DNA of 64,000 nucleotides from an uncultured Gemmatimonadales bacterium (GCA_963783305.1 CAWAMW010000016.1:224001-288000), one strand, 5' to 3'; shown: positions 9,501-21,240, counted from the stretch's first letter. Numbers and translations: made by a program. Notes: generated by a model not told the origin, from the sequence alone.

Positions 9501-12500
9501 AGGGTCGCGAGGACGATGCGCCGGTCGCCGGAGAGGCCCGCGGACCAGAGCAGCGGCTGCGCGCCCCGGTTGCGGTCGACCTCCTCCGGCGTGGCGCGCA
9601 GCGCCGGGTGGGGATAGAGGAGACAGCCGGCCAGCTCCTGGAAGATGGCCGCGTCCGCCGGTGTCAGGTCGCGTTCCCGCAGCTCGACCTGGTGGGAAGT
9701 CCACGCCAGGTCGAGCGCGCGCTGGGCGGTATGCGGGTCGTGGTACCGGTCGGCCAGCTCGAACGCGCCCTTGCGCGTGGCGGCGACCAGCGTCGTGAAC
9801 GTGACCGTGGCCGACTCTCCGGCGGCGAGCCGCAGCCGCGTGCGCAGCGCGAAGATCGGGTCGAGCACGGCGCCCGTGGTTCCTGACAGCGGACCGGGAC
9901 CGTCCAGGGCGGCGGGTGCGCGCGGGGTGCGACCGCGGCCGATGAACCGGGCGCGGTCCGTCTCATAGGAGACCGGGCCGACCCGCGCGGTGCCCGCGTC
10001 CATCACGTGCACGCACCAGAGGGACGGCTCCTCCGCGGAGCGCGGCCGCCGCGTGGCGGTGAGGGCCGCACACCACTCGTGCCATTCCGTCTCGACGAAC
10101 AGGTTGGCGAACGCCGGGTGAACACGGTCGGCGTCCGGCGGACCGAGCACCACCTCGCCGTAGCTCGTGAGCTCGATCTCCCGCGGGTCATCCGCGTGGT
10201 TCGTGACCGTCACGCAGCGCACCTCCGCGCCGTCATCCGGCACCACGGTGATCTCCGTGCGCGTCTCGATGTCCCCGTCGGACCGGTTGAACGTCACGCG
10301 GTCGCTGGCGAGCAGCGCGCGATACGCGTCGGCCGGTGCGCAGACCGGCTGGTGGGCGGTGGACCACAGGCGGTCGCTGGTCACGTCCCTCACGTAGCAG
10401 AACTGGCCCATGGCGTCCGTGGTCCCGTCTGCGCGCCAGCGGGTCACCGCGACATCCTCGTACCGCGAGAATCCGGACCCCGCGTGGGTCACCATCACCG
10501 TGTACGGACGACGGCCGAGCAGCGCGACGTGCGGCCGCAGGGTGTCAGGCCGGATGAACTCCCGGACGGCCTGGCTCTCGACATCCGGGCGCGATGGCGC
10601 ACCATCGGCGCTCACTGGCCTGGCGGGGTGCAGCGCCAGGCGGCGCGGGATACGCTCATGGAGCAGGAGCTCCGCCGATCGCACGAGCGGGTCGGCGTGG
10701 AACCGTCGCTGCCACACGTCGCCGGTGAGCACGTTGGTCAACGCGGCGAGGCTCATGCCAATGTGGTGCGCCATGTAGTTGCCGACCACCGCGTGGTCCC
10801 GGTCGGGATCCGGCCGGGTGTAGTCGATGGCGTCACGGAATCCGTACGGCCCGAGCGCGGCCATCCCGGCGAGCACAGCGAGGTTGTCCAGAGCGCGGTC
10901 CGGCTCCACCTGCAGCGCCAGGGCGGAGGCGTACGGGGCGATCACCAGGTCCCGACCGAGCCCGCGCTTGAGGCCGAGGTCCGGCACACCGAACGCGCGG
11001 TACTGATAGGTGAGCTGATGATCGCGCAGGTTGTACGCGCTCTCGCTCACACCCCATGGCACATTCCGCCGGGCGCCGTGGGCGATCTGCCGCCGAACCG
11101 CGCCCCGGTACGTCTGATCGAGGAGCGTGAACGGATAGGATCGCATGATGAGCGCCGGCATCAGGTACTCGAACATGCTGCCGCTCCAGGAGACCAGCGC
11201 GGTGGCGCCCGACGCGTGGGTCAGCGACCGTCCGAGCCGGAACCAGTGGTCGAGCGGCACGTCGCTCTTGGCGACCGCCAGAAAGCTCGCGAGGCGCGAC
11301 TCCGATGCGAGCAGATCGTAGTGGGAAAGGTCGAGAGAGCGGCTGGCGTGCTGATAGCCGATGGAGAAGAGCTCGCGCTCCGTGTCGAAGAGGAACCGGA
11401 AGTCCATCTCCGCGACGTAATCGCCGGCGCGGTCGGCCAGCGCGTCCAGCCGGCCGCGCAGCTCGGGGCCTGTCGTGTCGTCTTCCCCGCCCTCGGGGCG
11501 GGCATCCAGGCAGGCCTGCCGGACGGCGAGGAGATGGCCGGCGAGGTTGCCGCTGTCCACGGTGGAGACGTAGGCCGGCTCCAGGACGCCCAGGTCGTTC
11601 AGGTCGTACCAGTTGAAGAAGTGCCCGCGGAAGCGACGCATGCGCTCCAGGGACCGGAACACCCGCTCCAGCCGCCGCGTCATGTCCTCGATGGTGATGA
11701 AGCCCAGGTCGCGGGCGCTTCCGATGGCGAGCAGCTGAAGGCCGATGTTCGTCGGCGACGTGCGCATGGCGACAGCGGCCCCGGGCTCCTCCTGGACGTT
11801 GTCCGGCACCAGCCAGTGCGTCCCGGCACTGACGTAGCGGTCGAAATAGCGCCAGTGCCGCAGCGCGAAGTCCTTCGCCGTGGCGACCTGTGCCGCTGTG
11901 AGCGGCCGCTGCCTTCGCACGCCCGATCGGCCGAGGGCATGGGCGATGGCCGGCGACGCGGCCCACAGCACGGCGAGGCAGCCGACGGCCAGCACGTCGG
12001 CCCACGCCGGCGCGCCGGAGCCAGCGTCGGAGCCGACGCCGGTCGAGCGCGCCATCGTGATCAGCGCGATGGCCACTGCGACGGCCGCCGCGGGCGCCAT
12101 GGCCCGCCACACGACCGCGCGGCCAGCACCCGCGTCGCGTTCCGCCATCGAGGCGGACTGCCACTCGAGCAGGTGCCGCTTCGTGACACCCAGCCGCCAG
12201 AGGGTGCGGATGATGGCGTCGGCCGACACCCACGCCTGGTGCGGCAGGAAGGCGATGGCCAGCACGAGCTGCTGCGCGCCCGTGCGCGCGTCGTGGCCGA
12301 CGGATGCGTAGTACGCCCGCCACGAGCGGTCGAGCGGCGGGCGCAGCGCTGCGAGCAGGAGCGAGACGATCCAAGGCGCCGCGACCGCCCCGAGCGCCAT
12401 CGTGGTCCAGCCCAGCGCCGCGCCGGGGAGCAGCATCCAGCCGGCGGCCAGAAAGAGCATGAGCCCGAGCTCCACCGTGCTGCGGCGCAGGTTGTCGAAG

Positions 12501-14968
12501 ATCTTCCAGCGGGAGAGCATCGGCAGCCGGTTGGGTTCCGGCCCGTCCGGGCCCGGCACGCTCGACGTCAGCCACCGCAGCAGCTGCCAGTCGCCCCGTG
12601 TCCAGCGGTGCTTCCGGCGAGTGAACGTGAGGTAGCGGGCGGGATAGTCGTCGTAGACGATGATGCTGGTGACGAGGCCCGCCCGCGCGTAGCTGCCCTC
12701 GATCAGGTCATGCGACAGCAGGGTGTTCTCGGGGAACCGGCCGTGCGTAGCCTGGTCGAAGACGTCGACATCGTAGATCCCCTTCCCCGTGAAGCTGCCC
12801 TCGCCGAAGAGGTCCTGGTAGACGTCCGACGTGGCGGTCGTGTAGGGGTCCACCCCCGGTTGACCGGAATGGATGGTCGAGAAGCGCGACCGGAGCGCGC
12901 TGGGCAGCGTGACGCTGACGCGCGGCTGAAGGATGCCGTAGCCCCGCACGACGCGACCCCGGTCCGGGTCGTACACGGCGCGGTTGAGCGGGTGCGCGAG
13001 CGTGCCGATGAGGTCAGCGGCGGTGCCGGGCGGCAGCACGGTATCGGCATCGAGCGTGATGACGTACCGGACGGCGCCCAGCGGCTCGACGTTGCCGGCG
13101 ATGGTGGTGAATGCGTCCCGGGCGCCGCCGCGAAGGAAGCGGTTGAACTCGGCCAGCTTGCCCCGCTTCCGCTCCCAGCCCATCCAGACGCCCTGACGCG
13201 CGTTCCAGCGTCGTGGCCGGTGAAAGAGATGGAAGGCGTCCCCACTGAGGGGCGCGTAGCGACCGTTGAGATCCTGGACGCGGGAGACGGCCGCAGCCAC
13301 GATCGCCGCGTCATCCTCGAGGGTCTCGTCGGCCGCGTCGGTGAAGTCGCTGAGGACGGCGAAATGCAGGTGCGCGCCCCGGTTGGCGAGGAACTGGACC
13401 TCGGAGATGGTCGAACGCCTCGTCGACGGCCGCGACGCTGTCGAACAGCGTGGGCACGACCACGGCGGTTCGGAGCTCCGCGGGCACCGCGTCCCGATCG
13501 CCCAGGTCGAGCCTGGGGAGCGTGCGCGGCGGAAGCAGCGCCGTGACCAGCTGGTCGACGACGGCGATGACGACGTGGCTGGCGGGGAGGAGGGCGAGGA
13601 GGAGGATCGGAATCCACACACCGCGGGCAGCGGGCCCGACCAGCCACAACACGGCGGCGAGCGCGGCGACGATCCCGGTGAGCAGGCTCGTGGCGAACGC
13701 GGCGTCCGGGTGCCGCAGCACCCATCGGTGGACAGCCTCGCGAGCCCGGGGTCGGTACCCGGTGGCGGCCTCCAGCGCGCGGAGCCCGTCGTCCACGAGG
13801 TAGTAGCCGACGTGCGAGCGGACGTCTTCCAGGCCATGGTCGTTCGACGCGGCGCGTGCGAGATCGACCGCCATCCGCGCCACATCCTCCTCCGCGTGCT
13901 CCGTCCGGCGAGCGAGGCGCTCGACCACGTGGCGGTAGTGGTCACGGGTTCCGAAGGTCATGCGGGCATGGCAGGCGCCGGGGTCGGTGCGCAGGATGGA
14001 CTCCAGCGCGCTCTGCCGCTCCACGAAGGTCCGCCAGTCCAGCTGTGCGATCGTCCGCAGGCTCGTGATGCTGTTGGCCATCATCACCTGCGTCAGCGCC
14101 AGGTGCTGCGTCGCCCGCGCCGACGCGACTTCGTCGGTCACCACTCGCTCGCTGATCCACGCCTCGATCTCCACCAGCGGGAGATACGCGCCGCGCGTCA
14201 GGCGCAACTGGTGCAGGAAGCGCGCGATGAACACTTCGGTCAGCCGCGGGGGCACACGGACAAACGCATCCAGTGCGTGGCCCAGCGCGTCCGCCCCCTG
14301 CTCGCTCGCGGTCTCGATGCGCAGCGCCCACGCGTCCGCCTCCTCGATCTCCCGCATCCGCTGCATGGTACGCAACGTCATGCGCCGCACGCTTTCGATC
14401 AGCGCGATCCGGAACATGGCGGGCAGCGCCCACAGCTCGCCGATCGTGAGGGGTGTGACCGACTGGTAGGCGGAGACGAAGAGGTCCAGGTTGTCGACGT
14501 CGATGCGCGCTTCGGAGTGCGAGATCAACGCGATGGCCAGCTCGTACACGCGAGGGTATCCGGCCAGCCGCCCGCTCCCGAGCTCGGGCAGCTCCCGGTA
14601 ATAGCCACGGGGCAGCGCCTCGTGCACCTCCCGGATCTGCTCCTGCACGACATGGAAGTTGTCCAGCAGCCATTCTCCCGCCGGTCCGACATCCACGTCC
14701 CGGGTCACGCCCGCGGTCAGGGCCGCGTGCGCATCGTCCAGGATGCGGCGAGTCTGCGACAGGCGGAGCAGGAGGGCGGCCTCCCGACGCGGACGCGCCG
14801 GGGGCGGCACGCGTTCCCGCCCCGCCACTTCCCGGGCTTTCTCGGCGAGCTGGTCGGTCCCGAGAAGCGCGCCCTGGATGGGACCGGCCAGGAGATCGTC
14901 CCGGCCGGATGTCGGGGGCGGGCGGAGGAAGGCAAGAAGGCGCGGGAGCGCTATGGCTGCATCGTCAT
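6560..14968 (-). pseudogene. ndvB: Cyclic beta-1,2-glucan synthase Cgs/NdvB (GT84 + GH94 domains, about 2800 aa), frameshifted near 13403; start uncertain
   Basis: EWLLDNF, WMGWERKRGKL, YVITLDADT, GEGSFTGKGIYD, LLSHDLIEG, RWTRGDWQL, RTSPTNIG, SWSGSMFEYLMP, YQSSGAYGFRDQLQD, GDWNDGMN, GVRENGAQYTH; two overlapping ORFs join at FDHL/EVQFLAN. Confidence 0.9.
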
Positions 14969-15506
14969 GAAGCGCATCGTCCTTTGGCGAAGATTTTGAC
15001 CGAGCCTCATCGGCCGTACGAAGGCTACCCCGCGGGGGCGGTGAGGTTACGAGCGCCGAAAGCACCGCCTTCCTCCGGTGACAATGAGTTCAACGATGGA
15101 AGCTGACCGCGTTCGCCTACGCGCCTACCGCGACCATGCCCACGCGCATCCCCGTGTCCGCACCAAGGCGATTCAATTCAGGCCGGCAGGCAGTTCCCGG
15201 CCTAGATCCATGGTCAGCCTGCATTCCGACGCTGTCCAGGCCTGAATCCTTTCAGATGCATCCAGAATCGAACCAGCCACGGCTTTACATACAAGTTCGC
15301 GGATGCTGAAATCGCTGCAATGACCAGGATGCCGATAAATGGAATGACAGGTCCAAATGTAAGCGTCGCGCCCAGCACATGACCCAAAATGTCGCCCGGA
15401 GAATGGCGAGTTGGTCAGCCTCTTCGCCCGCAGAGATACCTCCCGCCGCTAGGCACCTCAGCGGGGAGTCCCAGCGGTACCGCCTTGCGGCGCCCCAGCC
15501 TTGGAC

Positions 15507-16778
15507 CTATCGGGTGTGACGCAGGATGACCGGGCGGCCGAAGCTGGCGACGGCGGCCACGATGCCGAGAACGAGGAGCGGCAGCGGGTTCTCCTCCGCA
15601 AGCCGAACGATGAGCACAACGGCTGCCAGGGCGGCGCCCCCGGCACCGAGGACGGACACCCAGCGCCGCGCGCCAGACTTGGCCGCCGCCATCACGTTGA
15701 CCGTCGCGAAGGTGAACAGGAAGGCCAGGCTGGCCGCCTCGACCAGCGTCGCGAGGGAGCCGACGGCCGCGAGGGTGGCGCCCGCGGCGCCCAGCACGAT
15801 GACCGCCCGGTCGGGCACACCGGCCTGGTTCACGTGTGCGACGGCGCGGGGCATCTCGCCGTCGGCCGCAACCTCCCTGGCCAGCCGCGCCGTCGCGAAG
15901 AGCGTTGCGTTGATGGCCGAGCCCGTGGAGAACGCCGCCGCCACTGAGACGATCACGACGCCGGTGGTCCCCAGCACGGCGCGGCCCGCTTCCGCGAGCG
16001 CCACCTCCTGCTGCGCCACGACCCCGCGGGCGCCTACCAGCATCACCACGCCGAGCGCCACCGCCACGTAGACGGCGATCACGGCGACGATGGCCAAGAT
16101 GATCGCGCGCGGAAGCGTCCGATCCGGCTGCCGGATGTCCTCGTAGTCGTACGTCAGGAGCTGGAAACCCTCGTAGGCCATGAAGACCGACGCGGCGCCG
16201 ACGAGCGCGCCGCGGAGGCCGCCATCGTGAACCCCGGCCGAGAGCTGAGCCGGATGCCACCGTGCGAGGCCGAGAACCGCCAGGGCGACGAGCACGGCCA
16301 GCTTGCCCCAGACCATGACGACCTCCGCGCCCGCCGCCTCCCCCACACCCCTCAGATTCAGGATAACGAATGCCGCCATGACGGCTACGGCGCACGCGCG
16401 CGGAAACCACGGCCCCACGTCCACGACCGCAGCGAGGTAGTGCCCGAAGGTGAAGGCATAGACGGAGAGCGTCAGGACGTACCCGAAGAGGAGGACCCAG
16501 GAGAGGCTACCCGCGAAGCCCTCGCGGTGGATCTCGCGAAGGAATGTGAACGCGCCCCCGCCCTCGCCGTAGGATCGCGCGAGCCGCGCGTAGCTGTCAC
16601 CCGCGGCGAGAGCGATGAGCCCGGCGAGGACGAAGCTCAGCCACGCCCACGGACCCGCGACCGCCACCACAACGCCCAGCACGGAGAAGATCCCGCCGCC
16701 CACCATCCCACCGACGGCCATCGCCCACGTGGCGTTTAGCCCGAGCTTTTCCTCGCCGGCCGCAGCTTCGCTGCTCAT
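15507..16778 (-). CDS. APC family amino acid permease
   Basis: GGMVGGGIFS TM1 motif, AYEGFQ, many TM segments. Confidence 0.9.
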   Translation of the reverse strand: MSSEAAAGEEKLGLNATWAMAVGGMVGGGIFSVLGVVVAVAGPWAWLSFVLAGLIALAAGDSYARLARSYGEGGGAFTFLREIHREGFAGSLSWVLLFGYVLTLSVYAFTFGHYLAAVVDVGPWFPRACAVAVMAAFVILNLRGVGEAAGAEVVMVWGKLAVLVALAVLGLARWHPAQLSAGVHDGGLRGALVGAASVFMAYEGFQLLTYDYEDIRQPDRTLPRAIILAIVAVIAVYVAVALGVVMLVGARGVVAQQEVALAEAGRAVLGTTGVVIVSVAAAFSTGSAINATLFATARLAREVAADGEMPRAVAHVNQAGVPDRAVIVLGAAGATLAAVGSLATLVEAASLAFLFTFATVNVMAAAKSGARRWVSVLGAGGAALAAVVLIVRLAEENPLPLLVLGIVAAVASFGRPVILRHTR

Positions 16779-16858
16779 CTGGCTCCGTGGGGAATCGCTG
16801 AACGGAGATCACGATGCGTCGCACCGACCTTCCGAATCAGCCGTACCCGCCGATTCAG

Positions 16859-17446
16859 CTAGGGATTCGAGCCGACCCCCTGGGCCGAATCCGTTCCCGG
16901 CTGCGGCCGACCGCCCTCCAGAACAGTGATGTTCGCTTCATCGACGACCAGGAAGATGTCCTGGTCCTCCGCCATGCGCTCGGTGTCCTGGTCGAGCGGA
17001 ACACCCGGCAGCTCTGGCAGGAACGACGCGTCGCGCAGCATCCCTCCTTCGATCCGCAGGGTCGCGCCGGGGTTGATGTCCTTCGGCTGCTCCCGGGGCT
17101 GATCGATGATGATGGCGAACAGTCGCTCGCCCTGATCCTCGATCCAGAACCCGCGGTCAGTGGGGACCTCCACCGCGGTGACCTCGGTCGCGGGGAAGCT
17201 GTCGCCCACGAACTGGCTCGGGTTGGCCAGGATGTCGCCTACGGATATTCCCTCGATGTCCGTGACCGGCTCCTGGACCGGGGCTGGTGCCACGGGTTCC
17301 ACGGTCTCGATGGTCTCGACCTCCGCCACTTCGGGTTCTCCATCGGGCCACACCCACCAGACGATCAGGATCAACGCCAGCAGGCCCAGCGCCCACCAGA
17401 GCCAGCCCATTCCACCGCGCTTACGTTCCAGGTCGATATCTGCCAT
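16859..17446 (-). CDS. Hypothetical single-pass membrane protein with acidic extracytoplasmic domain
   Basis: GGAGAG RBS; MADIDLERKRGG followed by WLWWALGLLALILIVWWV TM helix. Confidence 0.75.
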   Translation of the reverse strand: MADIDLERKRGGMGWLWWALGLLALILIVWWVWPDGEPEVAEVETIETVEPVAPAPVQEPVTDIEGISVGDILANPSQFVGDSFPATEVTAVEVPTDRGFWIEDQGERLFAIIIDQPREQPKDINPGATLRIEGGMLRDASFLPELPGVPLDQDTERMAEDQDIFLVVDEANITVLEGGRPQPGTDSAQGVGSNP

Positions 17447-17504
17447 GGTACTCTCCTCCGTCTTCGCTTGAATGGATCGTGCGACCTACCGGCCCCGCTT
17501 CTGA

Positions 17505-18347
17505 TCACTCCCCGCCGGGAGACCGCGACCGGTAGCGCGGGTGCTCGAACTCCCGCTCGCCCTCGTACAGCCGGTCGTAATGGCTGGTCAGGCGGGTCTC
17601 GTACTCCCGGTCGATTCCAGTGCCCTCGTACGCCGGGATGCTGCCGACACGATCACGGTCGACGGCGCGTGAGAGGACCCGGTGGTGATCCGGATCCAGG
17701 TCCACGTGCCCCACCGGCATGAGGATGTGTCGATCACGCCCCAGCTCCTCGTCCAGCTCCACCGTCAGGTAGCGCGCCTTCATGGCGCCGGTGTCGCCCA
17801 GAATGTGGTCGACTTTGCCCAGCTTCTCGCCATCGACGCCGATCACTTCCCACCCGCGAGGGTCGGGCTCGTCACTCGCGACATCCACATCATCCAGCTC
17901 GTCGAGTCGGGCCAGCTTGCCGCTCGTCTGCCGCTCGGAGCGCGTTTCCCAGTCGCTCGTGTAATCGGGTCGGTCGTAATAGCGCTCGTTGGTGTACGCG
18001 TCGTTGAAGGCCGTGTTGAGTGAGCGGGTGTACTCCGAGGTGATCGCGTCCGGCCGGTGCTCGTACTCGGGGATCCCGCTCAGGCCGGCCCGATCGAGTC
18101 CTCGGATATGGACGACCTGATCCGACCGGTCGATGTGCGCCTCTCCGGTGGGGACCAGGATGTGCCGATCGCCTTCCAATCCCACGTCCAGGTACCGCGT
18201 CCTCCCGTCCTCGCCCAGCAGTACATCGTGAACTTTGCCCACCTCCCGGTCATCCACGCGGGTCCGGACTTCCCAGTCCCTGAGGTCGTGGGCGCTTTCG
18301 ACGGCCGCCGGATCGTCGTGGTCGGAAAGGGCTCGGAATCTCGCCAT
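17505..18347 (-). CDS. Tandem PRC-barrel domain protein
   Basis: Two repeats of D.RgWEV...D...GKV...L......RYL.V.L...RHIL.P.G; GAGGA RBS before ATG 18347. Confidence 0.85.
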   Translation of the reverse strand: MARFRALSDHDDPAAVESAHDLRDWEVRTRVDDREVGKVHDVLLGEDGRTRYLDVGLEGDRHILVPTGEAHIDRSDQVVHIRGLDRAGLSGIPEYEHRPDAITSEYTRSLNTAFNDAYTNERYYDRPDYTSDWETRSERQTSGKLARLDELDDVDVASDEPDPRGWEVIGVDGEKLGKVDHILGDTGAMKARYLTVELDEELGRDRHILMPVGHVDLDPDHHRVLSRAVDRDRVGSIPAYEGTGIDREYETRLTSHYDRLYEGEREFEHPRYRSRSPGGE

Positions 18348-18612
18348 GGTTACCGTCCTCGTCTGAAGTGCAAACAAATAAACCGGCACTCCGCTGGTGG
18401 CGGCGCTGCCGGTTGTGCCATGGCGTGCTGCGACCGCCCTGGCTGCGGGATCGACATCACGCAAGCGGCGCTCCAATGGGTGTATCCATCAGAGCACGGC
18501 CCGGCGCGAAACATGAAGAGCTCTTCACTACCCGCTCACGGACGCTTCATGAGCGAACGGTTAGGATCGGTTTCGCGATAGTGTAAATGGACGATATGGA
18601 GGGATAGATACG

Positions 18613-18912
18613 ATGGGATCACCCATGGACCTGATGAATATCCAGACCGTTCCGCTCTGGGGCCTGGCCGCACTGGGGATCAGTGCGCTCGGGACGCTGG
18701 TGGCGGCCGTGGTGGCGCTCCGCGCCCGGCGGGTGCCCGCGTGGATTCTGGCGCTGGTTCCGCTTGCGGGTGCGGCGGCCTGGGCGGCTATCACGGCGCC
18801 AGAGAACATGGTCACACTGACGGTCGCCCTGATGTCGGTGGGTCTGGCCGCGGTCCAGTTGGTTGCGGGCGCGTTCGGCCTCGCTCCGCAGCGCGTGGAC
18901 GACGAGAACTGA
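18613..18912 (+). CDS. Small hypothetical membrane protein (about 3 TM)
   Basis: GGAGGG upstream; hydrophobic 99-aa ORF in an otherwise empty interval. Confidence 0.6.
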   Translation: MGSPMDLMNIQTVPLWGLAALGISALGTLVAAVVALRARRVPAWILALVPLAGAAAWAAITAPENMVTLTVALMSVGLAAVQLVAGAFGLAPQRVDDEN

Positions 18913-18965
18913 CGCGGACCGGTCCGGGTGGGTGACGCCGACGGTCCGCGCAGCCCCAGCCCTTG

Positions 18966-19367
18966 TCAGCCCTTCTTGCGGCGGCGGCCGGAGGGGGTGC
19001 CGCTGATGGCGTCGGCCATCGCCTCCAGGTCGGACCGCTGCCTGCGCACCCTGAACCAGATCACCAGGATGAGCCCGGCGAGCACGTGGACGATGATCCC
19101 TGCGACGATCGACCAGCCGTAGAGGAGGAGCCCCGCGACGGCCAGGATCACGGCGGCGGCGAGCAGCCCGGTCTGCCAGCGTCGGATCAGCGTTCGCGCC
19201 TCGTCCGGAGTGCGGCCGGCGAACGCCTCGATCAGCCGCTCCTGCGCCGGATTCACATCGCCGAACTGTTGCTTCGCTCGCCGTTTGCGCAGCTCCGGCG
19301 GCTCCTTCCCCGGGCGGAACCCCTTGATGGGTCGCTGGGGTCCCTGCCCTGTGGACCTTCGTGCCAT
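18966..19367 (-). CDS. Hypothetical membrane protein (basic N-terminus, 2 TM)
   Basis: GAGGAGGA RBS before MARRSTGQ; two TM helices near C-terminus. Confidence 0.7.
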   Translation of the reverse strand: MARRSTGQGPQRPIKGFRPGKEPPELRKRRAKQQFGDVNPAQERLIEAFAGRTPDEARTLIRRWQTGLLAAAVILAVAGLLLYGWSIVAGIIVHVLAGLILVIWFRVRRQRSDLEAMADAISGTPSGRRRKKG

Positions 19368-19750
19368 TGCCGTCCTCCTCATACGTCCATTCTCTTGGTC
19401 GGTCGCGCTCCAGGGCCGCAGCCCGGGCGCCAGCGGGCCGAGAGACCGCTCCGTAGGAGACGGCCCAAGGTGGTTCCCGCTCAGGCCGCATACTCCCGTA
19501 TCCTGACCCACCTGCCTCTGCCAAGGTAGATGGGGGTGAGGGGGGAGCGGAACCCCACGTGCACCCCGGCGCCCATCGGGCGAGACGACCCCCGTCGTAG
19601 AGGATCCGTTCAGCGCCGGCATGGGCGAGGGCCTGGACCGGCTGCTGGGTAAGCCTTGTAAGAGAACAGCTTTCGCGGGTCTCTCATGGCCGCCGCGACC
19701 GCGCCACCGAGCGTTCGAGCGGCGCGTGGCGGAGTCGATCCATTGACATG

Positions 19751-19778
19751 AAAACCGGCGATTGGTGCACCGTCCGCA
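19751..19778 (+). repeat. Dispersed 28-bp repeat AAAACCGGCGATTGGTGCACCGTCCGCA (copy 1)
   Basis: Identical to 38141-38168. Confidence 0.85.
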
Positions 19779-19827
19779 CTCCGGTCGCTGCTGGCGGCGC
19801 TCCCCACCACACCCTACCTTCGGCGCC

Positions 19828-21240
19828 ATGCCCGAGCCCTCCTGGATCTCTCTACTGCCGCCCGTCATCGCCATCGTCCTGGCCATCTGGACACGCCAGG
19901 TCTACCTCTCCCTCGCCGCCGGCGTCTGGCTGGGTTGGACCATGGTCGAGGGCTGGAACCCTCTCACCGGTGCGGCGCGGGGTATCGAGGAGACCATTGC
20001 CGTCTTTGGCGACCCCGACAACACCCGCGTCATCCTCTTCGCCCTCTTCATCGGCGCGCTGATCGCCACCGTCGAGATGTCCGGCGGCGTGAAAGGCTTC
20101 GTGAAATGGCTCGAGGACCGGGCCTGGGTGAAGAGCTCCCGTGGCGCACAGCTGCTCGCCTACTTCGTCGGGATGGTGATCTTCATCGAGTCGAACATCA
20201 CCGTTCTGGTGAGCGGTGCCGTCGCACGCCCCCTGGCGGACCGGTACCAAACGTCGCGAGAGAAGCTGGCGTACATCATCGACACCACATCCGCGGCGGT
20301 GTGCATCCTGATCCCGCTCAACGCATGGGGTGCCTACATCCTCGGGATCCTGGGGGAGCTCGGCGTGCCGGACCCTCTGGGTACGTTCGTATCGGCGATC
20401 CCGCTGAACTTCTACGCCATCGCCGCCGTGGTCCTGGCCGGTCTGACGATCGTGACCGGCTTTGACCTCGGACCCATGCGGAAAGCGGAGGCCAGGACCC
20501 GGTCGGGGAAGCTGCTGTGGGACGACGCCTCCCCGATGCTCGACCCGGAAGTCCTGAAGCCCGAGACGGACGGCGGGCCCGCCAGCCCGCTGTTCATGGT
20601 GCTTCCGATCGCCACCATGGTCCTCATGATGCCGGTGGCACTCTACATCACTGGCGATGGCGACATCCGCGACGGCTCCGGCTCGACCGGCGTGCTCTGG
20701 GCCGTCATGACCGGACTCGTGGTGGCGTGGGGCATGATCCTCGCCGCGCGCCGCTCCACGGTAGACGAACTCACGCGCGTCGGGCTCCGCGGCGCTGGCG
20801 GCCTCATCAACATGGCTACTGTACTGTGGCTCTCCCTGGCCCTCGCCGCCGTCACCGACTTCCTCGAAGCCGGCCCCTACGTGGCCCAGCTCATCGCGGG
20901 CACGCTCCCGCCCGTCATCTTCCTGCCGCTCATCTTCATTGTGGCCGCCTTCGTCGCGTTCTCCACGGGCACCAGCTGGGGCACGTTCGCCATCATGCTG
21001 CCCATCGCCGTGCCTGCGGCCATGGCACTGGGCTGGCCCGTGGCGCCCTTCGTGGCCGCGTCGCTCTCCGGCGGGATCTTCGGCGACCATTCCTCTCCCA
21101 TCAGCGATACCACCATCATCGCCTCCATGGCCGCCGCCACGGACCACATCGACCACGTCAGGACGCAGCTGCCCTACGCCCTCATCGGGGGCGCCGTGGC
21201 CATTATCGGCTTCGCCATCGTGGGGTCCACCATCGGCTGA
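19828..21240 (+). CDS. NhaC family (Na+/H+ antiporter-like, probable amino acid) transporter
   Basis: SLLPPVIAIVLA, REKLAYIIDTT, AFSTGTSWGTF, FGDHSSPISDTTI, HIDHVRTQLPYA. Confidence 0.9.
   Translation: MPEPSWISLLPPVIAIVLAIWTRQVYLSLAAGVWLGWTMVEGWNPLTGAARGIEETIAVFGDPDNTRVILFALFIGALIATVEMSGGVKGFVKWLEDRAWVKSSRGAQLLAYFVGMVIFIESNITVLVSGAVARPLADRYQTSREKLAYIIDTTSAAVCILIPLNAWGAYILGILGELGVPDPLGTFVSAIPLNFYAIAAVVLAGLTIVTGFDLGPMRKAEARTRSGKLLWDDASPMLDPEVLKPETDGGPASPLFMVLPIATMVLMMPVALYITGDGDIRDGSGSTGVLWAVMTGLVVAWGMILAARRSTVDELTRVGLRGAGGLINMATVLWLSLALAAVTDFLEAGPYVAQLIAGTLPPVIFLPLIFIVAAFVAFSTGTSWGTFAIMLPIAVPAAMALGWPVAPFVAASLSGGIFGDHSSPISDTTIIASMAAATDHIDHVRTQLPYALIGGAVAIIGFAIVGSTIG

Noticed and set aside
6593..13546. 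Long plus-strand ORFs (821 aa and 1179 aa)
   Set aside because: Antisense shadows of cgs/ndvB
15066..15450. Gene or ncRNA in the lower-GC stretch upstream of cgs
   Set aside because: No credible ORF or recognisable RNA motif; most likely promoter DNA
17505..18347. puhA (reaction-centre H subunit)
   Set aside because: No N-terminal TM helix, duplicated barrel, and no photosynthesis cluster in the window
19430..19700. tmRNA, RNase P RNA, glycine/SAM riboswitch, or glmS/HDV ribozyme
   Set aside because: Only short partial resemblances; the conserved cores of each family could not be completed
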